A stretch of 63,461 nt of DNA from a virus (IMGVR_UViG_3300009503_000033:1-63461), one strand, 5' to 3'; numbered from the stretch's first letter, positions 48,101 through 57,014 are shown. Made by a program: numbers and translations. Notes: generated from the letters alone by a model not told the origin.

Positions 48101-50423
48101 GGATTGGGAAACTCTATATGATGTTAAGAGCTTCCATGGCATAAAGATAAGAGCTACTGGACAACACAAAGTCCTTCTTAGTGATGGCACATGGAAGCCT
48201 ATTGAGGAAGCTGAAGGTATTGCCTTCATTCCTCAGATAGAAGTGCCAAAAGAAGAAGCTCCTACTGAACTTGACTTGGAGTGGCATGGATATAAGAAAC
48301 ATATAGTATGTGATGAGGATTTCTGGAAGCTAATAGGATTCTGGATAGCTGAAGGCTCACTAGGCAATAATAGGAACTCGAAGTATAAGAGAGGAGAGCT
48401 AAAACTATCACAGAAGGATAGAAAAATACTAGAAAAATATGCCAAAATTATTGAGACAAAGTTGAACGTTAAGCCTAAAATTTATGACTATGATTGTTCT
48501 CATCTGATAGTGTGGGATAAGCCTTTCTGTGACTGGTTAAGTAAGCATTTCCTAGACAAGAATGATGATAAAACCTTACCTTGGTTTATAGCTTCTCTTC
48601 CTAGAAGCAAACTTATGGCTTTCCTAGAGGGTTGGAAAGAAGGAGATGGATATCGCAATAGAAAACTTATGATTTCAACTTCTGATAGAGGCTTGGCTGG
48701 AAGAGCTTATGCTATCTTAAGGAGCCTTGGTTTTGATGTGGGAATTACCTATCAGAAAATAAGAGGTTATAGAGATAATTTTAAAATTACTATTTCACAA
48801 GAACCATTCCATCAAAAGCATGTAATTGTGAAGAAGTTAGTGCCTACTGATGGTAAAGATAAAGTATATAACATACAGGTAGAAGATGTGGAGAGCTTTA
48901 TGACAGGGAATTTGGTACTTTCTAATTGTAAGATAAAAAACTTGAAGGAAATAGACCTTATGGTATGGAATAGGATACCAAAGGTAACCAAGGAAGGTAA
49001 GGAGCTGGACCAATATCAATATGATGTGGTATACCAGATACCCTGCAATAAATTCGATGAGTTCTATGGGGCTGTAAAGTGGAATGGCAAGTGCTATGCT
49101 CCCATAGGTAGAACTTATAGTACTACAGATAAATGTGAACGGGGAGACATAATTACAGTATTGGTCATTAGGGTTAGGGAGTATGAGAGAGAAGGAAAGA
49201 GGATATTTACCTTCATGTTTCCTTGTATTTCAAAAGATACTCCAGTCATTACTTCTGAAGGCTTACGTCCTGCTGGGGAAGTTAAAGTTGGCGATTACCT
49301 CTTGACAGAAAATGGTTTTGAACCAGTTAAAATTGTTGAGGAAGTTATTAAACCCGAGCAATACAATATTAAAATAGAATATTCTCCCTTCTTGATAAAG
49401 GTAGATGGTGAGCATCCATTTTTAGTAAATGAAAGAAATGCTGTGCCTCATTATCATAATTATAGCAAGACTTTCAAGCCTATTTGGAAGTTGGCTAAAG
49501 ACTTAAAACCAAATGATATCGTTTTGATGCCTAAAATAGCTGTAAGAAAGCCCTTTTTAAGTCCTGAATGGGGTAGGCTGATGGGAGCTTACCTAGGCGA
49601 TGGAACAATTAACAGTAAACGAAAAGGTTTTACTGAGTATGCTATAGTTTTCAACAAAATGGAGCAAGATTTAGTGGCTTTCTATAGACAAATTTTAAAT
49701 AAACTCTCTATCAAATCTTGGGTTAGCAATAGACATAAGAGCACCACAGAAATTTTATTTGAACTAAAGGAGGAAGAAGATTATATTAAAATGCTTTACA
49801 ATAATGGAAAGAAATTTGTTCCTAAAGCTATTCTTGAGAGTGATGAGGCATTCATTAAAGAGTTTATAGAAGGCTTAATCGATTCAGATGGAACTAGAGG
49901 TAAGCAAGTTCAATTTGTCAATACTAATTTAGATATCTGTCACTCATTAGTTTTACTATTACATAGACTTGGAATTGTTCCATCTTTCTCCATACGAGAA
50001 GTTAAGGGGCTTACTGGAAAAATAAAGAAATGCGGTCAAGTTGCTTGGTATCCAAATGCTAAAAGTAAACACTTCTGGGATTATGGGAACTACCTAGGTT
50101 TCAGAGTACTTGAAAAGAAGAAAATAGAGCCTGAACCATTAGTCAATTTAGTTACAGACTCCCATACATTTTGTGTTCCATACTGTTTAACTCACAACAC
50201 CTACAAGGAGAGGAGAACTGATAAGAAAGAACCCGATGGGCTTGAAGTGGTAGAAAGGCTGGCTGAAGTTGGTACAGCACCATTAGGAAGGTTAAGCGAA
50301 GCAGAACCCAAGAACAGACCTGAAGAGGACCTTTGGAAGGAAACTACCAAGGAAATGCTCAAATTGAGTGAGTATAAAAGGAAGTTATTAGAAAGAATAT
50401 TGGGAGTTGATAGTAATGAGTAG
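45123..50423 (+). CDS. Multidomain protein: MBL-fold hydrolase, ASCH-like domain, nucleotidyltransferase-like domain and ATP-dependent DNA ligase with two inteins
   Basis: THAHPDH; GIILVKPHG..LIKGDK; AGG...SDIDI; ligase motifs ERKCDG, LDCEI, YDIL, EGAIVK, W|CKIK, FP|TYKERRTDK. Confidence 0.85.
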   Translation: MNIVFLGTRGLVEEQSDTHKRHSGLLIKSNTTKLLIDVGEKNYLDLNPDAIIVTHAHPDHFNKEITTVEKPVYSTKQILRLLKGDIKNPVSVEVEKPFKIGDITCTLYKTLHSIKTPSVAVRLEHNDKVVVYTSDVLYIYNRDKFLNGATLAIGDGSSLKKGGIVRKDEELGIYGHEGIPDQIAWFLKAGVKAIAITHLGKEAIEKGDKDLEFMLQEMVKEEANRLDKQPVPIIVAKDGLELSMEALVDTSGIISPKVLLPEEVRPKAGIILVKPHGTLLIKGDKQAIVKSVHLKEHIDEPLWLIEDKKILGIVVLTEPIVIDQKQFKELRDKHRITDEEAEQWGFSDKKELYYYPVKVIAAYDTPLEIDYPQGPQLFVKTDNITWLTKLWKVPYEPEKATNEQLADDYRLLVAVMAKLLKGEKVRIQAGKDEYFNKDTLKNFVVRLLKEVARRKKEGTIDMTLHIEEYKEGSPSYELWNLVKDGLTDEEIKLLTTASEAKLAKFPPLESITEEYLKTLSDEDLLKLRDYLHQLYRKEGKVTEPIYDAHILVGKEIIARGIPYPPEEEWDELDKATVIQFLEYPEPAGLAKELTINEFLSMLPERFTISEPPAQIFVAGGIVNRGKVSYPLEAGKEGSDIDIIIKQQYPDDRIIYELLRRLPPDVAKGVHVVYDREGPMIGNCIPIYQLAFSRVTNPKVISPWEVPSKLAELVFGKPVVGLKPKSGIVGKLEFWLAKDAWELFASKYIEENIPLIIERKCDGRRFQLHADKAKGIAKLFTEDRQRDRAPAMPDIINEIMKEGKFENVILDCEIEVYDIGDKKPKDAETKIRLFEMVPREDTASLTTAEKIPESMIDGAVVQVYDILWLDGKPVNNLTTLERIELVHKVVPKGLYWWRPLPYYIATNRKEFFTYLEKVRRENGSEGAIVKAANSTYPIKYSGENRTTEWCLTGGSLILTENGFEQIAFVKEGTRVFGKDGKLHKIIAKSERQLQDWETLYDVKSFHGIKIRATGQHKVLLSDGTWKPIEEAEGIAFIPQIEVPKEEAPTELDLEWHGYKKHIVCDEDFWKLIGFWIAEGSLGNNRNSKYKRGELKLSQKDRKILEKYAKIIETKLNVKPKIYDYDCSHLIVWDKPFCDWLSKHFLDKNDDKTLPWFIASLPRSKLMAFLEGWKEGDGYRNRKLMISTSDRGLAGRAYAILRSLGFDVGITYQKIRGYRDNFKITISQEPFHQKHVIVKKLVPTDGKDKVYNIQVEDVESFMTGNLVLSNCKIKNLKEIDLMVWNRIPKVTKEGKELDQYQYDVVYQIPCNKFDEFYGAVKWNGKCYAPIGRTYSTTDKCERGDIITVLVIRVREYEREGKRIFTFMFPCISKDTPVITSEGLRPAGEVKVGDYLLTENGFEPVKIVEEVIKPEQYNIKIEYSPFLIKVDGEHPFLVNERNAVPHYHNYSKTFKPIWKLAKDLKPNDIVLMPKIAVRKPFLSPEWGRLMGAYLGDGTINSKRKGFTEYAIVFNKMEQDLVAFYRQILNKLSIKSWVSNRHKSTTEILFELKEEEDYIKMLYNNGKKFVPKAILESDEAFIKEFIEGLIDSDGTRGKQVQFVNTNLDICHSLVLLLHRLGIVPSFSIREVKGLTGKIKKCGQVAWYPNAKSKHFWDYGNYLGFRVLEKKKIEPEPLVNLVTDSHTFCVPYCLTHNTYKERRTDKKEPDGLEVVERLAEVGTAPLGRLSEAEPKNRPEEDLWKETTKEMLKLSEYKRKLLERILGVDSNE
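47967..48926 (+). mobile_element. Intein (320 aa, LAGLIDADG) in ligase motif V
   Basis: CLTGGS start, SN|C end, GFWIAEG and GWKEGDG motifs. Confidence 0.92.
49224..50198 (+). mobile_element. Intein (325 aa, LAGLIDADG) in the ligase motif VI region
   Basis: CISKDT start, HN|T end, GAYLGDG and GLIDSDG motifs. Confidence 0.93.
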
Positions 50424-50721
50424 CCTATTAGAAATATACGATGATAAAGAGCTGAAGAAAAAGGTAGAAACATTAGACTTAGGAGAGATAGAGGTAGGAA
50501 CTACAGTTAAAAAGATATATTACATAAAGAACACAACAGGTGGAACAATTACAAGGTTAGAATTTAAAATTGATTCTCCTTACATAAAGGTAGTTAGAGC
50601 ACCTAAACTACTGAAGCCAGATGAGGTAGGAGAGTTGGAATTGGAAATAAAGCCACCACTTGACATCAGAAAAGGCTTAAATACCAAGGTAGAAATATCA
50701 TTTAGAGTAATATATAGTTGA
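50407..50721 (+). CDS. Ig-like small protein
   Basis: LDLG..YIKN.G..L.P.E beta-sandwich pattern. Confidence 0.55.
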   Translation: MIVMSSLLEIYDDKELKKKVETLDLGEIEVGTTVKKIYYIKNTTGGTITRLEFKIDSPYIKVVRAPKLLKPDEVGELELEIKPPLDIRKGLNTKVEISFRVIYS

Positions 50722-50735
50722 AGGAAGTGGATTGA

Positions 50736-51263
50736 ATGACAGCTACATGTGATGTGGTGGAATGTAATGGTGCTTCACCTGGTACATGGACAGTAGTAAC
50801 TTCAGTCAGATTCTGTACAGCAGACACTTATAACCCAGGGCTGTCATATCCTATACCCATAGTTTCTGGACAGACAAAGAGAAGCTACTGGAAGTCAATA
50901 TGTCTATCCTTTGGAGGAACTTACACTCAAATTACCAATGTCTGTATATATACTGATGGTTCTGACTTTGGTACAGGAATCACTACTTATATAGGTGATG
51001 AAACCTTACCTGCCAACAGCTATCAACAGGCAACAGGAGTTCAAGGAGACACTGGTGATGAGATGGTTGCTACCCACTCAGGCATTACCAGTAAAACGGC
51101 ATTCTTTACCTATACTTCTACCAATAAGAAGCTGGTGGATGCAGGACCAATTACTGGTACAGCTAAGAGCAAGCACGTAGTCCTTCAGATGGATGTATCA
51201 GATACTGCCACACCAGGTGTTAAAGGACCAGAAACCATCACTTGGACTTATGATGAAATATAA
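50736..51263 (+). CDS. Virion structural protein (fibre base or decoration)
   Basis: Thr/Gly-rich beta protein (SYWK, VVLQM, TWTYDEI). Confidence 0.6.
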   Translation: MTATCDVVECNGASPGTWTVVTSVRFCTADTYNPGLSYPIPIVSGQTKRSYWKSICLSFGGTYTQITNVCIYTDGSDFGTGITTYIGDETLPANSYQQATGVQGDTGDEMVATHSGITSKTAFFTYTSTNKKLVDAGPITGTAKSKHVVLQMDVSDTATPGVKGPETITWTYDEI

Positions 51264-51279
51264 TTAGAAGGGCATAACT

Positions 51280-51630
51280 ATGGGAATCCAATCCCTAAGA
51301 TACTTCTGGAAAGCCACATACAAGGATGGCTCTTCCATCTGTCAGTTTGAAGAAGGGAAGGAGAGGCTATTTTCTGAAATAGACCAAAGTAGGTTAGAGA
51401 GCTTTGCTTGGGTGCCTTTTAATAGCTCTGACCCTGTTATCATCATTAAACTTGAACCTTGGCAGAGGTTAATAGCAGTTAGACGTAATTTTATAACTAC
51501 AGGACCAGAGGGAGAGAGCAGAAAGACTATCTATCTCTTAGGATGGCAATCGACTATTAATGGTAGAAACTATAAGAGCATTTGTTATATAGACCCATCA
51601 GAGGGAACTATAACCATGGAAGGGAAGTAA
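51280..51630 (+). CDS. Hypothetical protein
   Basis: W.A.YKDGS...QF and YLLGWQ motifs seen in viral structural cassettes. Confidence 0.6.
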   Translation: MGIQSLRYFWKATYKDGSSICQFEEGKERLFSEIDQSRLESFAWVPFNSSDPVIIIKLEPWQRLIAVRRNFITTGPEGESRKTIYLLGWQSTINGRNYKSICYIDPSEGTITMEGK

Positions 51631-51631
51631 A

Positions 51632-52009
51632 ATGAACTTCTGTTTCAGGTGTGGTGAATGCTGTAAGGGAGAAATTAGGCTCACAAGGGAGGAAATAAGC
51701 TTAATCAAGGAGAGAACTGGGGTAGAATTAAGAGGAATACAGCTGGAAGGCAATAAAGTGCTGGTGAAAGTCAATCCTTGTCCCTTCTTAGAAGGCAATC
51801 TCTGTACTATATATGACATAAGACCATGTGCGTGCAGAATGTATCACTGTGGTAGATTGAGTCCTACTGATAGCCCTAAGAAAACTATAGGAGAAGTCAG
51901 GGAGGTAATGAAGAAGAATAATGAATATAGACTCTGGTTAGAGCAAATGCAGGCAGAAGCTGCTGCTTGGGGCAACAGGCATGGATGGAACTGGAGGAAG
52001 GTAGGCTAA
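51632..52009 (+). CDS. YkgJ/CxxCxxCC family Fe-S/Zn protein
   Basis: CFRCGECC, CPFL..NLCTIY..RP.AC. Confidence 0.85.
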   Translation: MNFCFRCGECCKGEIRLTREEISLIKERTGVELRGIQLEGNKVLVKVNPCPFLEGNLCTIYDIRPCACRMYHCGRLSPTDSPKKTIGEVREVMKKNNEYRLWLEQMQAEAAAWGNRHGWNWRKVG

Positions 52010-53724
52010 TGGCAACTACTTGGTACTTTAGGAATATTAATGCAACTACTGGTCCTACTTCTAAAGCCTCTCCTGATACTGATGCCTTCCCTTCTGTACC
52101 AAGTGACAAAAATACCCCCAAGCAAATGCTTTCTGTCAAAGGAACTGGACAGACTAGTGTTTCTGGAGCTTATGCTACCACAGCCAATTGTTATACCTTA
52201 GCAAGAATATTTGTAAGTCCTCCCTTAGCAGCTCAGACACTGACAGGAGGACAGACTGGATATAAGATTGGAATAGCCATTAAGGAAAGCAATACCTCAA
52301 TGAACTTGTATCATAGAGCATTTGTCTATATATGGAGGAGTGGCTCTGGCAACGTAAAGACAATCATATCACCTACCTCCTGTGGTACGGAGCACGGTAC
52401 TTCTGAGACTGGATGTGTAATTACAGCTACAGGAGCTTCAGGAGACTTCTTCATCCAAGCGGGAGACAGAATTGTTGTAGAGGAATGGTGGGACATAAGG
52501 AATACTAAAAATACCTCTTATACTGCTACCTATTACTGGGATGGAACTACTGATGTAGTGGAAAGCACAGCTACTTCAAATGCAGCTGGTTTCTTCTACT
52601 GCCCACAAACTCTAACTCTTTTACCTACCCAGAAGACATTTAGCTTGGATACATACCTCAAGAGAGTAGCCTTTAAGACATATACAATGGATGCTGCTTT
52701 GAAGGGAGCTAAGTCCAAAACCGTGTCATTGGATTCGGCTCTTTCTACATCTAAGTCTGTTTCAAGTTCTATAGATACCTTACTTTCATTAAAGAAAATA
52801 AAGTCTATGGACATAGACAGTGCTTTATATAGAAGGCAATTAAAAATTGCTCAGTTAGACAGTGCTTTATCGAAGGGTGTTTCTAAGGATATTCCTTTAG
52901 ATGTAACTCTTTCTGTATCCAGAAGCATTCTTAGCTCCATAGATGCGCTCCTGTCTACGAAGAGAACTAAGGCTATGGATATCGATGCTGCTTTATCCAA
53001 GAGTAGCTTGAAAACCACTCAATTTGATGCTTCCTTAGTCAAGACTATACTTAAAAACGTTCTTTCTGATGCAGCTCTTTCTGCTGCTTCTTATAAGACC
53101 TTTTCTATTGGTGCTGTTCTGAAGGAAACTTCTTCTAGGGAGTTCCAACTTGATTCTGTCCTTCAAAAGACTTTATTTAAGGCACTAGCATCAGACAGTG
53201 TTTTAAAGAAAACAAAGCAAGCAGAATTTGGTTTGGATGCTGTATTGGAAGCAACAATGGGAGTAGAAAAGACCAAATACTTGGAAATTACTTCTGTTTT
53301 AAGCAAACTAAATGTTGCAGGCTTTGATTTGGATACACTCCTTGTAAAGAGAGTTAAAGCTACCTTCTTATTGGATGCGTATCTATCTGGAGAGGTTAAG
53401 CTTCCTTCAGGAGGAGTTTATTTCATCCCTCCAAGAAGGAGAACTGTAATACTGCCTATTTCAATTACTCCCTATTCAATAGCTAAGGAAATTAGGACAA
53501 TTGAAGGCAGAATTGCTTTAGAGCACTTGTCATTTAGACCATTAATAGGGAGGATTGTTCATTTAGGAAAGGTAGCTGCTCCTGTCATAGGTAGCTTTGC
53601 TTCTTCTATTGGCTTGAGCTTAGCCTTGAGAAGTACCTTGCTAAGCACCACAAGTGTGGAGTTACCCATTAAGGGTAAGAAGAGCTATAAGCTGATTATT
53701 GATTTACTGACGGAGGATTTATAA
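52009..53724 (+). CDS. Fibre protein: globular N-terminal domain plus 14-aa repeat shaft
   Basis: Start re-called at the TAATG overlap; about 18 repeats with an [LI]DxxL core. Confidence 0.7.
   Translation: MATTWYFRNINATTGPTSKASPDTDAFPSVPSDKNTPKQMLSVKGTGQTSVSGAYATTANCYTLARIFVSPPLAAQTLTGGQTGYKIGIAIKESNTSMNLYHRAFVYIWRSGSGNVKTIISPTSCGTEHGTSETGCVITATGASGDFFIQAGDRIVVEEWWDIRNTKNTSYTATYYWDGTTDVVESTATSNAAGFFYCPQTLTLLPTQKTFSLDTYLKRVAFKTYTMDAALKGAKSKTVSLDSALSTSKSVSSSIDTLLSLKKIKSMDIDSALYRRQLKIAQLDSALSKGVSKDIPLDVTLSVSRSILSSIDALLSTKRTKAMDIDAALSKSSLKTTQFDASLVKTILKNVLSDAALSAASYKTFSIGAVLKETSSREFQLDSVLQKTLFKALASDSVLKKTKQAEFGLDAVLEATMGVEKTKYLEITSVLSKLNVAGFDLDTLLVKRVKATFLLDAYLSGEVKLPSGGVYFIPPRRRTVILPISITPYSIAKEIRTIEGRIALEHLSFRPLIGRIVHLGKVAAPVIGSFASSIGLSLALRSTLLSTTSVELPIKGKKSYKLIIDLLTEDL
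52633..53390 (+). repeat. About 18 tandem 14-aa repeats Kxxx[LI]DxxLxxxxx
   Basis: KTFSLDTYL / KTYTMDAAL / KTVSLDSAL / KSMDIDSAL / KIAQLDSAL and others. Confidence 0.85.
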
Positions 53725-53741
53725 TAAGAGTAAGAATTATA

Positions 53742-53760
53742 TATTTATGTTACATAAATT
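53742..53760. promoter_or_regulatory. Palindromic site TATTTATGTTACATAAATT next to a TTATATA box
   Basis: Near-perfect family member upstream of ORF 53773. Confidence 0.7.
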
Positions 53761-53772
53761 GGGTGTGATATT

Positions 53773-53997
53773 ATGTCTGAAGATAGTGAACTGACTTTGA
53801 TGCCTTGTCCCTTCTGGAATAACTATACTGTATGCCCTCTGAGGAAGAGGATGTATGGACTACCACCACCAGAGAGGTTTAAGCCTGTAGCAGGGCTAAA
53901 GTTCCCTATTAGATGTAAGTTTGCTACAATGTATAGATGTGTATGGGTAAAGGACTACTATATGTATTTAGAACCTATAGAGGAGGTGGAAGAATGA
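53773..53997 (+). CDS. Small Cys-rich protein
   Basis: Four Cys; ATGA-coupled to the next gene. Confidence 0.6.
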   Translation: MSEDSELTLMPCPFWNNYTVCPLRKRMYGLPPPERFKPVAGLKFPIRCKFATMYRCVWVKDYYMYLEPIEEVEE

Positions 53998-56984
53998 CTT
54001 ATATATATGAGGAAGATATAGCCCTAGAAAGCCTAGCTGAAGTAGAGCCAGAGCTAGTAGAGACTCTACAGAAGAAGATAGCAGGTAGGTATAATGTCTA
54101 TCCACCTAATAATAAACCAGAACCTTTTGTCATACAAAGGCATGAAATTGGTGATTCAAACCACTTTGACTTTAGGTTTAAGGTAAATGGGTATTTGATT
54201 GGTTGGTCAGTGGTTGGGTTCAGTAAGGACAATCCAGCTACCATAGAGACCTTGCTGGCTAACATAGGTAAGGGCTTTAGAGCTGAAACTAAAGCCTCGC
54301 AACCTTGTATTGCTCCAGACACTCTAGTCTTTACTAGGGATGGACTAAAGGAAGCAGGGAGAATAACTATGAACGACTTGTTGCTAGGGAAAGATGGAGT
54401 ATTCCATAGAGTTGTTCAAATAGACAGAGGCATTAAGGATAAGGGTTATATAATTAAGACTAGTTATGGAGTAGAACAAAAGGTTACTCAACATCATCCT
54501 TACTTGGTAGTTATTAAAGCCTTCTGTCCTTATCATGGCTACTTTGATGTAAAAAGAACCTTAGAAAGCACTAGCCATTGTGAGTATTGTAGATTAGATA
54601 AAGTTCTTTACCCAATAATTGAATGGAAGGAGGCTAAAGACTTAGAGGTAAGGGACATAGTGCTATTTCCAAAGGAGATTAGAGAGTATTGGAAGCGTCC
54701 AATAAGGCAGGTCTCACCTCAATATGGAAGGTTACTTGGGTTCTTTATAGGAGATGGAACTAGGTGGAATAAGAATGGGGTCAGGCTACTCTTCAATGCT
54801 TTGAAAGAGGAATCTAAAGCTGAATATTATAATGCCATAGTCAGGGAACTAAGTGGTAATACAGGTTCCATAAGAAGGGAGAAGAACGTTCTGATACTTT
54901 CATTTACTAATGAAACTTCTAGATGCTTGCTGAAGGATGGATATGAAAATGAGACCAAAAGCATTAAATTAGAGTTCCTAGGGTATCCAAAAGGGTTCAG
55001 AAAAGAGTTGTTGTTTGGATTGATTGATTCAGATGGCTATTGGATAAGTCAAGACTGTTTCTATTTTGCAACAAGCAATCCTAGGGTAGCTGAAGGTTTC
55101 TGGTTACTTTGCTCTTCTTTAGGCATTCCATGCTCTATGAGGTACCGAGAGAATACTTCTAAACTTGTATCAAGAACAAAGAAGAAGTTTGAATTTATGG
55201 GTTACTTGAACAAGGAGCATAACGAAATACTTGACCTTGGCTATTACTGGGGCTTTAGAGTTATCGACAAGAAAGACTTGAACTGTCCAGAGTATATAAA
55301 CATAGTTACTAATGACCATACTATATTAGTACCATTTGCTATTACTCACAATACCATCTGGCTTAATGTTGAGGGTCAGGTCAAGCCTGGTGAGGTAGGG
55401 GCTGGAGTGGAAAAGCCTGGCAAGTTCACCATACTAACAGGTACTAAGAAGTACAAGGATGCTAGAGTGATATTTGGGTGTCAAAAACCCTATTTTCATG
55501 AGTACTTCCTTAAGGATGGGGTGTACTTTAAGGATTGGACTAGGATAGTGTTCAGACAGATTAAACAGGAGAAGCTAGAACCAGAAACTAAACGTCCTAC
55601 AGGTAAAACAGAGCTATTCTGGAGGTTTATGATACCCAAGGACCAGAAACCATATGCTCTGGCTAGAGGTATGAAGGAAGGATGGTACCCTCCAGAAGGC
55701 ATAATTCCATTTCCATATGACTGGGCTAAAAAGAACTATCCAGAGGATGTTGCTAAGTGGGAAGAATATATAAAGCAGGCTACTAAGGAAACTAAGTTAA
55801 GCAAGGCTAAGTTCTGTATTGTTGAGTTCAGGTACAAAGGTCCTAAGCATATCAGAGATGTATGGAGGAGGGAATGGCATTTGCTTATAGATGATGGTAA
55901 AGAGAAGGTTATGGACTTTGTAACCACCGAACATCCTATCTATATAATGCCTCTGGCTTATGTATATAATGGTAGGATAGATAAGAAATGGTTTGGCTAT
56001 GAAGGTAACTTGAAGCCACTGGAGCTTTGGAATCCTAACAAGGAGTTAAATGGCATAGTGGAAGTACTGATAGAAGGAGATATGGATATAGATAGCAAGA
56101 TAGTGAATGATAAGGAAGTATATATTATAGACATAGATAGAGGTATTATGAAGGGTAAGTATGCTATGGCTCAAGAGGAGGAAGATAGTCCCTTCTATAT
56201 ATTTAATGAACTAACTAAGCTGGCTCTAGCTGCCGATGCTGTATGGGTATATGATAAGCACACTATAGAAGGAGTTCCCCACTGGGACTTAAGGTTCAGG
56301 CTTAACATAGAAGGTGAATGGGAATCTGTGTTACATGAATTTAGTGGTATGGATAAGCCACTCCATGAAGCAGGTATTGAGGAACCTGTAGAAGTGATAG
56401 CTAAGATATGTAAAGACCTTAGCTGGATAGACCCTAACTTTAAGGAAGGTAGACGTAAGGTAGGGGGTATATGGACAGAAGTAGAGAGAATAGACCAAGG
56501 TAAGGCTATAATATATAATGCTACAGATGATTTCTGGTCATTTAACTTGGATGGAGAAATCCTTAGTGGTTATATAATAGCCAAAAGGACTGATGGAGGT
56601 TGGGTAATTATGAAGAGCAGGCTACCTTCACCTAAGCTCTCTAAGGAAGGAACAGGCAATCCAGTTACTGGGGACTACTATAAGGAATTTAAAATTGAAC
56701 AAAAGAAGGGATGGGACTACTTTATTGTTCACATCTATGACTCCAGAGCCTTTACCAGAGCTGAACCTGCTGAAATGGTAAAGGAATACCTACCTGATTT
56801 AAAATTACCAGAGGGTGTTGATGTTAGAATAGGTCTATATCCAGTGGTAGGAGCATTACACCATGTAAGGGTCATGAATGTAAAGTTCCCATCTACATGG
56901 ACAGTAGCTGAAGCTGTAGCTTGGATTAAGAAGAATAACCTTCATAAGTGGGGTAGAGAACGCATAGTTAAGAAGCAACAGTAA
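53994..56984 (+). CDS. Multidomain protein with repeated LigD-type 3'-phosphoesterase (PE)-like domains and an intein
   Basis: FVIQRH...HFDFR..NG.L.GWSV and WL.VEG..KPGE.GAG; later copy VYDKH...HWDLR; start at ATG 53994 with GGAGGTG RBS. Confidence 0.75.
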   Translation: MTYIYEEDIALESLAEVEPELVETLQKKIAGRYNVYPPNNKPEPFVIQRHEIGDSNHFDFRFKVNGYLIGWSVVGFSKDNPATIETLLANIGKGFRAETKASQPCIAPDTLVFTRDGLKEAGRITMNDLLLGKDGVFHRVVQIDRGIKDKGYIIKTSYGVEQKVTQHHPYLVVIKAFCPYHGYFDVKRTLESTSHCEYCRLDKVLYPIIEWKEAKDLEVRDIVLFPKEIREYWKRPIRQVSPQYGRLLGFFIGDGTRWNKNGVRLLFNALKEESKAEYYNAIVRELSGNTGSIRREKNVLILSFTNETSRCLLKDGYENETKSIKLEFLGYPKGFRKELLFGLIDSDGYWISQDCFYFATSNPRVAEGFWLLCSSLGIPCSMRYRENTSKLVSRTKKKFEFMGYLNKEHNEILDLGYYWGFRVIDKKDLNCPEYINIVTNDHTILVPFAITHNTIWLNVEGQVKPGEVGAGVEKPGKFTILTGTKKYKDARVIFGCQKPYFHEYFLKDGVYFKDWTRIVFRQIKQEKLEPETKRPTGKTELFWRFMIPKDQKPYALARGMKEGWYPPEGIIPFPYDWAKKNYPEDVAKWEEYIKQATKETKLSKAKFCIVEFRYKGPKHIRDVWRREWHLLIDDGKEKVMDFVTTEHPIYIMPLAYVYNGRIDKKWFGYEGNLKPLELWNPNKELNGIVEVLIEGDMDIDSKIVNDKEVYIIDIDRGIMKGKYAMAQEEEDSPFYIFNELTKLALAADAVWVYDKHTIEGVPHWDLRFRLNIEGEWESVLHEFSGMDKPLHEAGIEEPVEVIAKICKDLSWIDPNFKEGRRKVGGIWTEVERIDQGKAIIYNATDDFWSFNLDGEILSGYIIAKRTDGGWVIMKSRLPSPKLSKEGTGNPVTGDYYKEFKIEQKKGWDYFIVHIYDSRAFTRAEPAEMVKEYLPDLKLPEGVDVRIGLYPVVGALHHVRVMNVKFPSTWTVAEAVAWIKKNNLHKWGRERIVKKQQ
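54306..55352 (+). mobile_element. Intein (349 aa, LAGLIDADG, with a Cys/His insert) in the PE domain
   Basis: CIAPDT start, HN|T end, GFFIGDG and GLIDSDG motifs. Confidence 0.92.
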
Positions 56985-57014
56985 GTCTTAAATGAATTAA
57001 TGTAACATTAAATT
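56983..57014 (+). promoter_or_regulatory. TATA-like AAGTCTTAAAT followed by palindrome AATTAATGTAACATTAAATT
   Basis: Fills the whole gap before the protease gene. Confidence 0.65.

Noticed and set aside
47138-48445. Minus-strand ORFs here and similar shadow ORFs elsewhere (for example 22681-23094, 33642-34073, 35577-35987, 58901-59266, 62796-63140)
   Set aside because: They are antisense to well-supported genes, Ser/Leu-rich, and lack RBS or motifs.
53937-53993. Upstream start of the PE protein given in the ORF track
   Set aside because: The ATG at 53994 has a GGAGGTG RBS and an ATGA overlap with the previous gene, so it is the better start.
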